Source: Ignavibacteriota bacterium | GTDB lineage: Bacteria > Bacteroidota > Ignavibacteria > UBA10030 | Length of the DNA stretch: 64,000 nucleotides | Assembly: GCA_963701295.1 (NCBI GenBank) | Contig: OY969585.1 | Coordinates: 2,080,001 to 2,144,000 of the forward strand | Reading direction: 5' to 3' | Shown here: positions 18,858 through 28,273 of the stretch, piece after piece | Position numbering within the stretch: position 1 is the stretch's first letter | Layout of the letters: every line of letters starts with the position of its first letter | Notes under the pieces: model-generated | Databases searched by the model: none | Seen by the model: only the letters and a program-made list of their open reading frames with translations | Told to the model about the DNA's origin: nothing | Program-made: the position numbers and the translations under genes

Positions 18858-19865
18858 ATGGAAAAAGCTCGAATTGGTATTGTTGGTCTCGGGTCGGTTG
18901 CCCAGACTATCCATCTTCCTATCCTGAGCAAGTTTTCGGATATTGAGATTGTCGCAGTATGCGATCTTGACCGCGCGAAAGCTCAGTATGTAGCGGATAA
19001 ATTCAAAGTACGCCGTTATTACAATAATTATGAGAAGATGCTTGTGATCGAACAAGATCTTGACGGTGTTGTGATTTGCACGCCGACCGTGCTGCACAAA
19101 GATATGGCGATTGCAGCATTAGAAGAAAAGAACAATATCCTAGTGGAGAAACCTTTAGCCCGGACATCCAAAGAAGCCGAAGAAATAGCCGCAGCTGCAA
19201 AAAAGTTTCATCAAACATTGATGGTAGGGATGAATAATCGTTTTCGTCCAGACGCAATGATTCTTAAAAGTTTTATTGAGGATAAGGCACTCGGCAAACT
19301 CTTCTATGCAAAAGCTGGATGGTTCAAGAAATTGAATACGGAGAGTGCATGGTTGACGAAGAAGACTCAGTCCGGTGGCGGTGTTGTGCTTGATCTTGGC
19401 ATTGTTATGCTCGATCTTGCTTTCTGGATGATGGGATATCCAGAAGTAAAAGAAGTGACAGCGACAAATTATTCTCATCACACAAAGGATGTGGAGGATT
19501 CTTCCATTGTTTTCCTTAAAATGAAAAACGATTCCACACTCACAATCGAAGCAAGCTGGTCGTTCGAATCAACATCCGACTTTTTTTACTGTGATTGTTT
19601 CGGTACTGAAGGAAGCGGATCGCTGAATCCATTTCGCATTATCAAGCGAATGCATGGGAGTTTAGTAAATGTTGCACCGGCATCGACCGAAACTCCGCAA
19701 AGTCTCTACCGGAAGTCATATGAGAATGAACTGAAGCATTGGATCGGATCTTTACGAGGACTGCACACGATGATCTCTTCAGGTGATGAAGCCGTACACA
19801 GGATGAAGATTATCGATAGTATTTATAAGTCTGCCAAACGCGGAAAAGCAATAGAGTTACAATAG
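18858..19865 (+). CDS. Gfo/Idh/MocA-family oxidoreductase
   Basis: GIVGLG, EKPLA, GGGVVLDLG. Confidence 0.92.
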   Translation: MEKARIGIVGLGSVAQTIHLPILSKFSDIEIVAVCDLDRAKAQYVADKFKVRRYYNNYEKMLVIEQDLDGVVICTPTVLHKDMAIAALEEKNNILVEKPLARTSKEAEEIAAAAKKFHQTLMVGMNNRFRPDAMILKSFIEDKALGKLFYAKAGWFKKLNTESAWLTKKTQSGGGVVLDLGIVMLDLAFWMMGYPEVKEVTATNYSHHTKDVEDSSIVFLKMKNDSTLTIEASWSFESTSDFFYCDCFGTEGSGSLNPFRIIKRMHGSLVNVAPASTETPQSLYRKSYENELKHWIGSLRGLHTMISSGDEAVHRMKIIDSIYKSAKRGKAIELQ

Positions 19866-19910
19866 CCTTTGATGGCTCATTCAATATTTCTATCGGAATA
19901 AAAAATTGCA

Positions 19911-20714
19911 ATGGGAAAGAAAGTCATTCCTTGTATCGCTCTTCTCACCGATTTCGGATTACAGGATCAGTATGTATCGTCGATGAAAGGGGCTATTTTA
20001 TCCATCAATCCGTCGGTTACTATAATAGATATCACACACGGAATTCAACCGTACCAAACTCGTCAAGCTGCGTATGTACTTTGGTCAGCATACAATTATT
20101 TTCCAAAGGATACAATATTTGTCAATATCGTTGATCCTGGTGTCGGAAGTAAACGACACATTATCATGATGAAGACAAAAAAATATATTTTTATTGCTCC
20201 TGATAACGGATTGTTAGATTTCGTTTTGCATCAAGAAAAGGCTTTAACAGCGATTGAGGTTACACAATCGTCTCTCAAAGAATATATTTGTGATGATATA
20301 TCTTCGACATTCCATGGACGCGATCTTATCGCGCCGATCGCTGCATATATCTCTAACGATGTACCATTGCAACGATTCGGCAAATCGGTTCCACTGCCTG
20401 AAATACTTTCGCCTTTTGTAACTTCCCGTATGGATGTGGTGCCAGTGTGTATTTTGCATATAGATCACTATGGGAACATCATTACCAACCTTCGTTCTCT
20501 TGAAGTAGAAAGAAGCATGAAGGAGATACAAACCATATCGATAGGTAGTAATATGGTTGCACAATGGATTAGGTTTTATGATGAGGCGCCGGAAAACACC
20601 CCTTGTCTTATCGTGGGCAGCAGAGGTCTGGTAGAGGTATCAGCAAAAAGAAATAGTGCTGCCAGTCTTTTAAGCGCAACACTCGATTCGAAAGTGAAAG
20701 TGTATTGGCGATGA
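19911..20714 (+). CDS. DUF62 SAM hydrolase / halogenase-family protein
   Basis: LLTDFG, VDPGVGS.R, APDNG, STFHGRD, DHYGN. Confidence 0.92.
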   Translation: MGKKVIPCIALLTDFGLQDQYVSSMKGAILSINPSVTIIDITHGIQPYQTRQAAYVLWSAYNYFPKDTIFVNIVDPGVGSKRHIIMMKTKKYIFIAPDNGLLDFVLHQEKALTAIEVTQSSLKEYICDDISSTFHGRDLIAPIAAYISNDVPLQRFGKSVPLPEILSPFVTSRMDVVPVCILHIDHYGNIITNLRSLEVERSMKEIQTISIGSNMVAQWIRFYDEAPENTPCLIVGSRGLVEVSAKRNSAASLLSATLDSKVKVYWR

Positions 20715-21817
20715 ATGAACAGGCATTGATGCAACGATGTATTGACATCGCACGGAATGGCCTTAGTAAGGTAAGTCCTAATCCTATGGTGGGATGTGTC
20801 ATCGTGCGAAACGGAAAAATCGTTGGAGAAGGATTTCATCGGCAATTCGGCGGAGCGCATGCTGAGATTTTTGCGCTCTTTCATGCAGGCAAGAAGGCAC
20901 ACGGTGCAACATTGTTTGTCAACCTCGAACCATGCGCGCACTTTGGAAAAACTCCACCCTGCGCAGATGCAATTGTGCAATCAGGTATTTCGATGGTTGT
21001 GATTGCGTCGAAAGATCCGAATCCTTTGGTCGGTGGTAAAGGAATACGACGACTGCATGAGGCAGGGATTGCTGTCAAGGTTGGAGTACTACGAAAAGAA
21101 GCGGAATTCTTAAATGAAAAGTTCTTCAAGTTTATGAATACAGGTCTGCCGTTTGTGGGTATCAAACTGGCACAGACGCTTGACGGGCGAATTGCCGACA
21201 CAGCAGGAACATCAAAATGGATCACATCTGAGGCGGCAAGAAAAGAAGTGCACAGACTGCGAAGTGAGTATGACGCTGTGATGATAGGAGCGAACACAGT
21301 ATTAAAAGACGATCCTGCATTAACTGTGCGGTTCGTCAAAAGAAGGAACCCCATTCGTGTTGTCGTCGATGGACGTATGTCGCTTCCGACGTCTCGGAAA
21401 ATATTCAATACACATGACACTCCAACTTGGGTATTGACTTCCACTACCGCTATGAAAATAAATGAGAGGAAAGTACAAAAACTTGTTGGGCAAGGAGTAC
21501 GCATTCTTACAGTTTCAGTGTCCCATTCATTGAATGTAGAATCTATCTTGAATACTCTTGCCGCTGAAGGCGTTTCTTCTGTGCTCCTGGAAGGCGGCGA
21601 ATCGCTGATTGCGCCTTTCGTAAAACATTCTTTTGCAGATTCACTTCATCTTTTTATAGCGCCAAAAATATTAGGCGGCGGATTAGATGGAATTCGATTC
21701 GACAAGCCGCTCTTCCTGCATCAACATGTGAAATTAAAGATGATTAACGTGATGAACATTGGGGGGGATGATGTACTTCTTGAAGCACGCTTCATTCAAA
21801 AACGGAAGATAAAATAA
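20711..21817 (+). CDS. ribD: Bifunctional riboflavin biosynthesis deaminase/reductase RibD
   Basis: PNPMVG, HAE, LEPCAHFGKTPPC, SKWITS, LEGG. Confidence 0.97.
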   Translation: MNEQALMQRCIDIARNGLSKVSPNPMVGCVIVRNGKIVGEGFHRQFGGAHAEIFALFHAGKKAHGATLFVNLEPCAHFGKTPPCADAIVQSGISMVVIASKDPNPLVGGKGIRRLHEAGIAVKVGVLRKEAEFLNEKFFKFMNTGLPFVGIKLAQTLDGRIADTAGTSKWITSEAARKEVHRLRSEYDAVMIGANTVLKDDPALTVRFVKRRNPIRVVVDGRMSLPTSRKIFNTHDTPTWVLTSTTAMKINERKVQKLVGQGVRILTVSVSHSLNVESILNTLAAEGVSSVLLEGGESLIAPFVKHSFADSLHLFIAPKILGGGLDGIRFDKPLFLHQHVKLKMINVMNIGGDDVLLEARFIQKRKIK

Positions 21818-21818
21818 T

Positions 21819-22430
21819 ATGTTTACCGGATTAATTGAGGAAACTGGAATCGTTAAATCCATCAAGCAGAAAGACGGAAGTGTTATCTTTACTGTTCAAG
21901 GGAAGAAAACCGTTAAGAGTTTACGCATAGATCATAGTATCGCAGTCGAGGGCGTTTGTTTGACTGTCATTAAAAGAACAGAGAAGACATTCGATGTGCA
22001 AGCGGTGGAAGAGACACTGAAGAAAACAACACTTGGAAATTTGAAGGCAGGAAGTCTCGTTAATCTGGAGCGTCCACTGCTGCCTTCAGATCGGCTTGGC
22101 GGGCATTTTGTTCTTGGTCATGTGGATGGATTGGGAAGAGTAACGTCGCTTAAAACGCTTGAGAGTAGTTGGATTTTCCGGATTCAAGTCCCTAAGAAAT
22201 TCTTGCATCATCTCGTTCCTGTTGGATCGATCGCTGTTAACGGCGTGAGTTTAACAATGGCAGAAGTGAAAGCAAATTCCTTTGCTGTCTCCATCATCCC
22301 TCATACAATGGAAGCGACAACATTCCGCCTGCTCAAACCCGGCAATACGGTTAATCTCGAGTTTGATGTTCTCGGTAAGTATGTGGAGCGTCTTTTTGAG
22401 GAAAAGGGCATGCCGACTACGAGGAAATGA
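21819..22430 (+). CDS. ribE: Riboflavin synthase (alpha chain)
   Basis: MFTGLIEE, GVCLTV, VNLER, GGHFVLGHVDG, VNLEFD. Confidence 0.97.
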   Translation: MFTGLIEETGIVKSIKQKDGSVIFTVQGKKTVKSLRIDHSIAVEGVCLTVIKRTEKTFDVQAVEETLKKTTLGNLKAGSLVNLERPLLPSDRLGGHFVLGHVDGLGRVTSLKTLESSWIFRIQVPKKFLHHLVPVGSIAVNGVSLTMAEVKANSFAVSIIPHTMEATTFRLLKPGNTVNLEFDVLGKYVERLFEEKGMPTTRK

Positions 22431-22450
22431 AATTGTGCGCATTTTCCTCC

Positions 22451-22480
22451 TTGCATTTTGAGCCTTTTTTTCCCTATAAT
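22451..22480 (+). promoter_or_regulatory. Putative sigma70 promoter upstream of secG
   Basis: TTGCAT-N18-TATAAT. Confidence 0.5.
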
Positions 22481-22492
22481 AAAACCTGCAAA

Positions 22493-22518
22493 CCCCCACA
22501 GTTGGTGGGGATTTTTTT
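22493..22518 (+). terminator. Intrinsic-terminator-like hairpin between ribE and secG
   Basis: CCCCAC-agttg-GTGGGG followed by A and T7. Confidence 0.6.
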
Positions 22519-22538
22519 CGCTTAAGGAACAATACTCG

Positions 22539-22871
22539 ATGTACACAATTGCGATTATTATCGAAGTCATCATTGGAATTTTACTCATGCTCGCCGTGCT
22601 CATGCAATCGAGCAAGGGTGGTGGATTGGCTGGAGGTTTCGGCGGTGCCAATATTGGAACGGTCTTTGGAGTTCGGCGGACCTCGGATTTCCTTACGAAG
22701 TTGACACAGTGGCTGGCAGGTATCTTTATGGTCTTTGCCCTGGTTATCAACTTATGGTTGTTGCCGCGCGGTGAACAGAAACAGGAGAGCGTTATTCAAT
22801 CCGGCCCTCCTCCGGCTGCGCTGCCGCCAACACAACAGACTCCATCATCTCCAATTCCGGGTAGCAAATAA
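22539..22871 (+). CDS. secG: Preprotein translocase subunit SecG
   Basis: VLMQSSKGGGLAGGFGG, FGVRRTSDFLTKLT; ATG at 22539 after aagga. Confidence 0.95.
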   Translation: MYTIAIIIEVIIGILLMLAVLMQSSKGGGLAGGFGGANIGTVFGVRRTSDFLTKLTQWLAGIFMVFALVINLWLLPRGEQKQESVIQSGPPPAALPPTQQTPSSPIPGSK

Positions 22872-22878
22872 CACATTT

Positions 22879-22951
22879 GCACCCATGGCTCAATTGGTAG
22901 AGCAACTGACTCTTAATCAGTGGGTTCCAGGTTCGAGTCCTGGTGGGTGCA
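22879..22951 (+). tRNA. tRNA-Lys(CTT)
   Basis: Acceptor GCACCCA/TGGGTGC, D arm GCTC/GAGC, anticodon arm ACTGA-CTCTTAA-TCAGT, T arm CCAGG-TTCGAGT-CCTGG, discriminator A; CCA not encoded. Confidence 0.96.
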
Positions 22952-23118
22952 CGAAGCATCAGACAGTCTTGGAGCTCATAGTCTAATTGTAGTGGTTCCG
23001 GATTCTTCGCGAGAAGCGTATGCGATTGTGGAATGGATATGGGTTTGACGGTCTGGAGGGGAAATTTTTAAGAAGTATACAAAATTTTTTGAAAAAAGAT
23101 TTAGCGTAGGAGAAAAGA

Positions 23119-23559
23119 GTGAACACGTCACCGAAAACGCGGTTTTTTAAACCGGAAGAAGTAAATAAGAAATGGTTTCTTGTCGATGCAGAAGGACAGA
23201 CATTGGGCCGCATTGCATCGCATGTTGCACATTTGCTGCGCGGTAAACATAAACCGGAATTTACCCCCAACCACGACTTGGGAGATTTCGTCGTGATCGT
23301 GAATATAGAAAAAGTAAAACTGACCGGAAAACGTCCCGAGTTGAAAGAACTGTATCATAACACAGGTTATCCGGGCGGAGCACGCTTTGAATCTTTTTCG
23401 GAACTCATCAAAACGAATCCGGAAAAGGTCATGGAGCATGCCGTTAAAGGAATGCTTCCGCATAACCGTTTAGGACGTCAGATGTTTAAGAAGTTGAAAG
23501 TGTATCGGGGAGCAGAACATCCCCATTCAGCACAGCAACCAGAAACAATTTCTTTTTGA
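23119..23559 (+). CDS. rplM: 50S ribosomal protein L13
   Basis: W.LVDA.G.TLGR, LRGKHKP.FTP, HNTGYPGG, GMLP.NRLGR. Confidence 0.98.
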   Translation: MNTSPKTRFFKPEEVNKKWFLVDAEGQTLGRIASHVAHLLRGKHKPEFTPNHDLGDFVVIVNIEKVKLTGKRPELKELYHNTGYPGGARFESFSELIKTNPEKVMEHAVKGMLPHNRLGRQMFKKLKVYRGAEHPHSAQQPETISF

Positions 23560-23578
23560 GTAAGGAAAGAACAAGTTC

Positions 23579-23965
23579 ATGCAACCAAGAATATCAGTAG
23601 GCCGCCGGAAAAATGCTATTGCCCGTGTGAAGCTGTTGGATGGATCTGGCAAACTTTTAGTGAACGCGCGAGAATTTGAAAATTATTTTCCGCTGGCAAT
23701 TCAGCGGGATGAGATATTAAAACCGTTCAAAGTAACGGATACGATGGGACGGTACGATGCACAAGTTCGTGTGAACGGCGGCGGACCCGCTGGCCAGGCT
23801 GGAGCCGTAAGGCTTGGCATCGCACGTTCATTGGTTGCACTGGATGAAGATTTTCGTATAGCACTTCGCGGGGCGGGACTTTTGACGCGTGATCCTCGTA
23901 TGGTCGAAAGAAAAAAATACGGGCAGAAGAAAGCGCGCAAACGATTCCAGTTCTCCAAACGTTAA
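23579..23965 (+). CDS. rpsI: 30S ribosomal protein S9
   Basis: [35 protein letters not shown]. Confidence 0.98.
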   Translation: MQPRISVGRRKNAIARVKLLDGSGKLLVNAREFENYFPLAIQRDEILKPFKVTDTMGRYDAQVRVNGGGPAGQAGAVRLGIARSLVALDEDFRIALRGAGLLTRDPRMVERKKYGQKKARKRFQFSKR

Positions 23966-24019
23966 TTTTTTATGTGCCCTGCGACAGCTGTTTTACGGTC
24001 GCTTAGATTCATCAACAAT

Positions 24020-24115
24020 CATATTCTCTGATTCAACCGGCAGTGTTCCGATGAACATGGTTCATCGGGATTCCGGAAGAAAACGACGAGAATAGTAGCT
24101 TAACTGAAAGGAAAT
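24020..24115 (+). promoter_or_regulatory. Structured rpsB 5' leader (candidate S2 autoregulatory element)
   Basis: Nested stems: TATTCTC 24022-28 with GAGAATA 24088-94; CCGG 24037-40 with CCGG 24073-76; CCGATGAAC-atg-GTTCATCGG 24048-68. Confidence 0.6.
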
Positions 24116-24121
24116 ATTTTT

Positions 24122-24874
24122 ATGCCTCGTGTTGAACTCGATGCACTGCTTCAATCAGGTGCCCATTTCGGACACCTCACACGCCGTTGGAATCCCAAAA
24201 TGAAGCCCTATATTTTTATGGAGCGTAATGGGATTCATATCATTGATTTGAAAAAAACACAAGAGATGCTTGAAGCGGCTTGTAACGCTGTTTCGAACTC
24301 CGTCGCTGAAGGCAAGAAGCCGCTCTTTGTTGGAACGAAGCTGCAGGCAAGCGATGTGATGAAACAGGAAGCACAACGTTGCCGCGCACATTATGTGACG
24401 GAACGCTGGCTTGGCGGCATGCTGACAAACTTCAGCACTATTCGCAAAAGCGTGAAGCGTCTCACAAATATTGAAAAAATGGAAACTGACGGAACCTTTG
24501 AAAACATCACGAAGAAAGAACGACTGTTCTTAACTCGCGAACGTGATAAACTTCAAGCAGTGCTGTCAGGTGTCGTTGAGATGTCGCGATTACCCGGTAT
24601 TGTATATGTTGTAGATATTAAAAAAGAAGCCATCGCTGTAAAAGAAGCGAAACGTCTTGGAGTTCCGATAGTTGCCATTGTCGATACGAACACGGATCCC
24701 GATCCTATCGACTATCCCATCCCAGCAAACGATGACGCGCTCAAATCAGTTCAATTGATCACGAAAGCTATTGCCGATGCAGTTCTGGACGGCCATGAGC
24801 GTGCATCTGCAAAACAACAAGCAGCAGCCGAAGAGCAGGCAACGGCGGAAGCAGCAGCTGCAGAGAAAAAGTAA
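24122..24874 (+). CDS. rpsB: 30S ribosomal protein S2
   Basis: GAHFGH.TRRWNPKM, RWLGGMLTNF, IPANDDA. Confidence 0.98.
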   Translation: MPRVELDALLQSGAHFGHLTRRWNPKMKPYIFMERNGIHIIDLKKTQEMLEAACNAVSNSVAEGKKPLFVGTKLQASDVMKQEAQRCRAHYVTERWLGGMLTNFSTIRKSVKRLTNIEKMETDGTFENITKKERLFLTRERDKLQAVLSGVVEMSRLPGIVYVVDIKKEAIAVKEAKRLGVPIVAIVDTNTDPDPIDYPIPANDDALKSVQLITKAIADAVLDGHERASAKQQAAAEEQATAEAAAAEKK

Positions 24875-24897
24875 TTGAAAGAAGGAAGTTTGATACC

Positions 24898-25500
24898 ATG
24901 GCAGAGATTACAAGTGAAGTAGTAAAAAATCTTCGAGATAAAACTGGTGCAGGCATGATGGATTGTAAGCGGGCATTGGCGGAAACAAAAGGTGATATCG
25001 AACAAGCGATCGAAGTTCTTCGGAAGAAAGGCGCAGCGGTTGCCGCAAAACGTGCCGACAAGGAGACAAATCAAGGTGTGGTGGAAGCGTACATCCATGC
25101 AGGCGGGCGTATCGGTGCAATGGTCGAATTGAATTGCGAGACCGATTTCGTGGCAAAGACGCCAGGTTTCAAACAACTCGCGCATGATATCGCTATGCAG
25201 ATTGCTGCGATGACTCCGCACTATGTGTTGAGGGAACAAATTCCACAGTCTGTTATCGAAAAGGAACTTGAGATCTACAAAATACAGGCACAGAATGAAG
25301 GAAAACCGGCACAAATAGCGGAAAAGATTTCTCAAGGACGACTCGACAAATTCTATCAGGAAGTTGTCTTGATGGAACAGAGCTTTATTAAGGATTCCGG
25401 AAAAACGATTAAAGACATTATTGATGAAGAAACAGCGAAGGTTGGCGAGAAGATTTCTGTGCGCCGATTTCTTCGTTACCATCTTGGTGAAGCAAATTAA
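24898..25500 (+). CDS. tsf: Elongation factor Ts (short, 200-aa form)
   Basis: [31 protein letters not shown]. Confidence 0.98.
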   Translation: MAEITSEVVKNLRDKTGAGMMDCKRALAETKGDIEQAIEVLRKKGAAVAAKRADKETNQGVVEAYIHAGGRIGAMVELNCETDFVAKTPGFKQLAHDIAMQIAAMTPHYVLREQIPQSVIEKELEIYKIQAQNEGKPAQIAEKISQGRLDKFYQEVVLMEQSFIKDSGKTIKDIIDEETAKVGEKISVRRFLRYHLGEAN

Positions 25501-25509
25501 AAAAACTAG

Positions 25510-25538
25510 AATCCCGAAACCATTTCGGGATTTTTTTT
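25510..25538 (+). terminator. Intrinsic terminator after tsf
   Basis: AATCCCGAAA-cca-TTTCGGGATT followed by a T run. Confidence 0.8.
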
Positions 25539-25552
25539 GCGAGCGGGGAACC

Positions 25553-26278
25553 GTGAAACACATTAAATATAAACGAATATTATTGAAGCTCAGCGGCGAG
25601 TCGCTCATGGGCGATCGTGATTATGGAATTGACCCCAAGGTCGTCACGCGTTACTCCAAAGAGATTGCTTCTGTCAGCAAGCTCAATGTGCAAATCGGCA
25701 TCGTCATTGGTGGCGGCAACATTTATCGCGGTATGGAAAGTTCCACCGATGGCATCGACAAAGTGACGGGTGATCAGATGGGTATGCTGGCGACTGTTAT
25801 CAACGCATTGGCGTTGCAAAACTCACTGGAACATCAAGGGCTGAAGACCCGGTGCTTGAGTGCTATCAATATGGAACGGATTGCAGAACCATTTATTCGC
25901 CGCAGAGCAATTCGGCATTTGGAAAAAGGGCGTATCGTCATTTTTGCTGCTGGTACAGGTAATCCGTACTTTACCACCGACACCGCAGCTGTACTGCGTG
26001 CAATTGAAATCGAAGCGAATGTCATTATCAAGGGCACGCGCGTGGACGGCGTCTATGATTCTGACCCAGAAAAAAATTCTAAGGCAATCCGTTTTCCTGA
26101 GATTTCTTATGCAGACGTGTTAAAAAAAGACCTTCGTATAATGGATCTAACGGCGATAACGCTTTCCAAAGAGAACAAGCTTCCTCTTGTCGTCTTTAAT
26201 ATGAACATCCCCGGCAATCTGAGGCGTGTTATCCGCGGAGAAGCCGTTGGTTCAAAAGTAGTTGAACTCTCACCATAA
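25553..26278 (+). CDS. pyrH: Uridylate kinase
   Basis: [33 protein letters not shown]; GTG start at 25553. Confidence 0.97.
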   Translation: MKHIKYKRILLKLSGESLMGDRDYGIDPKVVTRYSKEIASVSKLNVQIGIVIGGGNIYRGMESSTDGIDKVTGDQMGMLATVINALALQNSLEHQGLKTRCLSAINMERIAEPFIRRRAIRHLEKGRIVIFAAGTGNPYFTTDTAAVLRAIEIEANVIIKGTRVDGVYDSDPEKNSKAIRFPEISYADVLKKDLRIMDLTAITLSKENKLPLVVFNMNIPGNLRRVIRGEAVGSKVVELSP

Positions 26279-26316
26279 AAGTCGTACCATCATTCATCCT
26301 ATCACTAACTGATGGA

Positions 26317-26886
26317 ATGTCTATGACAAACACAAAAGAAATCCTGAAGCAAGCAGAAGACAGAATGAAAAAAGCCGTGGAAGTTGTGCGGGAAGAACTT
26401 ATTAAAATCCGCACAGGAAAAGCTACGACCGTATTGCTCGACGGAGTGAAAATCGATTATTACGGTACCATGACTTCGCTGAATAAAATTGCCAGCGTCA
26501 GCACGCCTGATGTGCATACGATTGCTGTGCAGCCATGGGAAAAAAGCGTTATTCCTTTGATTGAAAAAGCAATTCTTCAAGCGAACATTGGTTTGAATCC
26601 TGCAAATGATGGAACAGTGATACGCGTTCCTATTCCGCCGCTGAATGAAGAACGTCGTCGTGAATTGGTGAAACTTATAAAAAAGTTCGGTGAAGACGGT
26701 AAGATTGCAATCCGGAATGTGCGCCGAGACGCTATCGAGCATTTGAAGAAAGCAGAAAAAGGCGATCACATGCCGGAAGACGAACGGAAACGCGGTGAAC
26801 AAGAAGCTCAAAAACTGACCGATAAATTTACAAAAGATATCGACAGTCTCCTTGCTTTGAAAGAAAAAGAAATTATGGAAGTCTAA
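26317..26886 (+). CDS. frr: Ribosome recycling factor
   Basis: IRTGKA, DYYG, P.LNEERR.ELVK, IRNVRRD, KEKEIMEV. Confidence 0.98.
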   Translation: MSMTNTKEILKQAEDRMKKAVEVVREELIKIRTGKATTVLLDGVKIDYYGTMTSLNKIASVSTPDVHTIAVQPWEKSVIPLIEKAILQANIGLNPANDGTVIRVPIPPLNEERRRELVKLIKKFGEDGKIAIRNVRRDAIEHLKKAEKGDHMPEDERKRGEQEAQKLTDKFTKDIDSLLALKEKEIMEV

Positions 26887-26919
26887 TATTCTAAAAATAA
26901 CAGGCATGAATGAGAATTT

Positions 26920-26960
26920 GAAATCCCGGTTCTGCACCAGCGGAATCGGGATTTCTTTTT
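26920..26960 (+). terminator. Intrinsic terminator after frr
   Basis: GAAATCCCGGTTCTGC-acca-GCGGAATCGGGATTTC followed by T5. Confidence 0.8.
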
Positions 26961-26973
26961 ACCGCTAGGCTTC

Positions 26974-26998
26974 GTAACTTTTGTATAGAGAATCCGTA
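26974..26998 (+). promoter_or_regulatory. Putative ECF-sigma promoter of the pspC operon
   Basis: GTAAC-N16-CGTA (AAC...CGT ECF signature) directly upstream of an envelope-stress gene. Confidence 0.55.
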
Positions 26999-27032
26999 TG
27001 TAGAAAGGAAAATAGTTCAAAAGGAGACTCTC

Positions 27033-27740
27033 ATGGCAGAGCAACAACGGCGCCTTTATCGAAGTCAGACTAACAAAGTTATTGCCGGCGTCTGCGGAGG
27101 ACTTGCAGAATATCTCAATGTGGACACAACCGTCGTCCGGCTTGTTTGGGTTCTGTTAACGCTTCTCGGTGGTTCCGGAATTATTCTCTATGTCCTTGCA
27201 TTTTTCATTATTCCAGAGAGACCCATCTTGACAGGTGATACACTATCTCCAGAGAAATCAGAATTCGGTTCTGCGCGCATCTTCGGAATTTTATTTGTGG
27301 CTGCAGGTGCAGTGCTCCTTCTTGATAACCTTGGAATATTTTCATTCTGCCGGATATGGGATACAGCGTGGGAGTTTGTACTTCCAGGCATTCTCATGCT
27401 TTTAGGAATTTATATCTTAACTAAGCGCGATAAAGTACAAGCAACGCCGCCTGAACAAACATCACCAATAGAACCGGATCAATCAACTGAGAATCAGACT
27501 CCGCCTCCAGCGTCTTCAACGGAACAGACAACGAATCCTAAAGTTTTTCGCCGTTCTCTCACTGATAAGAAAATGTTCGGTATTTGTGGGGGCGCAGGAG
27601 AGTATTTTGGCATTGATCCCACCATCCTTCGCGTTGCGTATGCAATCTTTACGGTCTTTTCGGGCGGTATGGGAATTATTCTCTACTTCTTAATGTATCT
27701 GATTGTTCCGGAAGGTCAGCGCCAACAGAACAAGCAATAG
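27033..27740 (+). CDS. Protein with two PspC domains flanking a LiaF-like TM segment
   Basis: RLYRS...IAGVCGGLAEY and FRRS..DKK..GICGG.GEYFGIDPT. Confidence 0.9.
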   Translation: MAEQQRRLYRSQTNKVIAGVCGGLAEYLNVDTTVVRLVWVLLTLLGGSGIILYVLAFFIIPERPILTGDTLSPEKSEFGSARIFGILFVAAGAVLLLDNLGIFSFCRIWDTAWEFVLPGILMLLGIYILTKRDKVQATPPEQTSPIEPDQSTENQTPPPASSTEQTTNPKVFRRSLTDKKMFGICGGAGEYFGIDPTILRVAYAIFTVFSGGMGIILYFLMYLIVPEGQRQQNKQ

Positions 27741-27750
27741 TGAGGAATTT

Positions 27751-28263
27751 ATGGAACCGACTTTACAAAAGAAATCAAGTGGACTTCCAATCTTTGGCGT
27801 TTTTCTTATTCTCCTTGGTGCTGGTTTTATTCTGAATAAACTGCATGTATTCCACTATAGTTGGGGAATAATTCTCTGGGTTTGTTTAGGCCTGGTTGGC
27901 ATTGTGACAGTTGTGCAAGCATTTATTACACGACGGCGTGGAGTAGTTTTTTGGGGAAGCCTTTTATTCTTTGTAAGTGTAACTATGATTGCTCACAGAT
28001 TTGCGCTCGTAGATTTTGCACCATGGGATGTGCCAGCGACGTTCTCACTTGCCCTTGGACTCTCATTTCTTATGCTATTCTTCTATGATCCTCGACGGCT
28101 TGGAATTCTCATTCCCGTTCTCTTCTTCGGCGGTTACGGTGTTCTCTACTGCTTGTGGTGGTGGGATGTGATCGACTGGTTTGAGATGAGACATTATGTC
28201 TCTACGTACTGGCCTGCGTTCATCATTCTCTGGGGACTTTCATTGATATTTCGACGGCGCTGA
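27751..28263 (+). CDS. LiaF/DUF5668-like multi-pass membrane protein
   Basis: G..LILLG...L and YWP..II..GL.LIF motifs; ATG at 27751 after gagg. Confidence 0.75.
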   Translation: MEPTLQKKSSGLPIFGVFLILLGAGFILNKLHVFHYSWGIILWVCLGLVGIVTVVQAFITRRRGVVFWGSLLFFVSVTMIAHRFALVDFAPWDVPATFSLALGLSFLMLFFYDPRRLGILIPVLFFGGYGVLYCLWWWDVIDWFEMRHYVSTYWPAFIILWGLSLIFRRR

Positions 28264-28273
28264 TTGGAAACTG

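Noticed and set aside
22952-23118. Possible integration site or ncRNA after tRNA-Lys
   Set aside because: No integrase, no duplicated tRNA 3' end seen, no convincing structure
24751-25608. 285-aa antisense ORF and other long antisense ORFs (for example 20881-21504, 26305-26937)
   Set aside because: Shadow frames of conserved genes (tsf, ribD, frr) with no recognisable motifs
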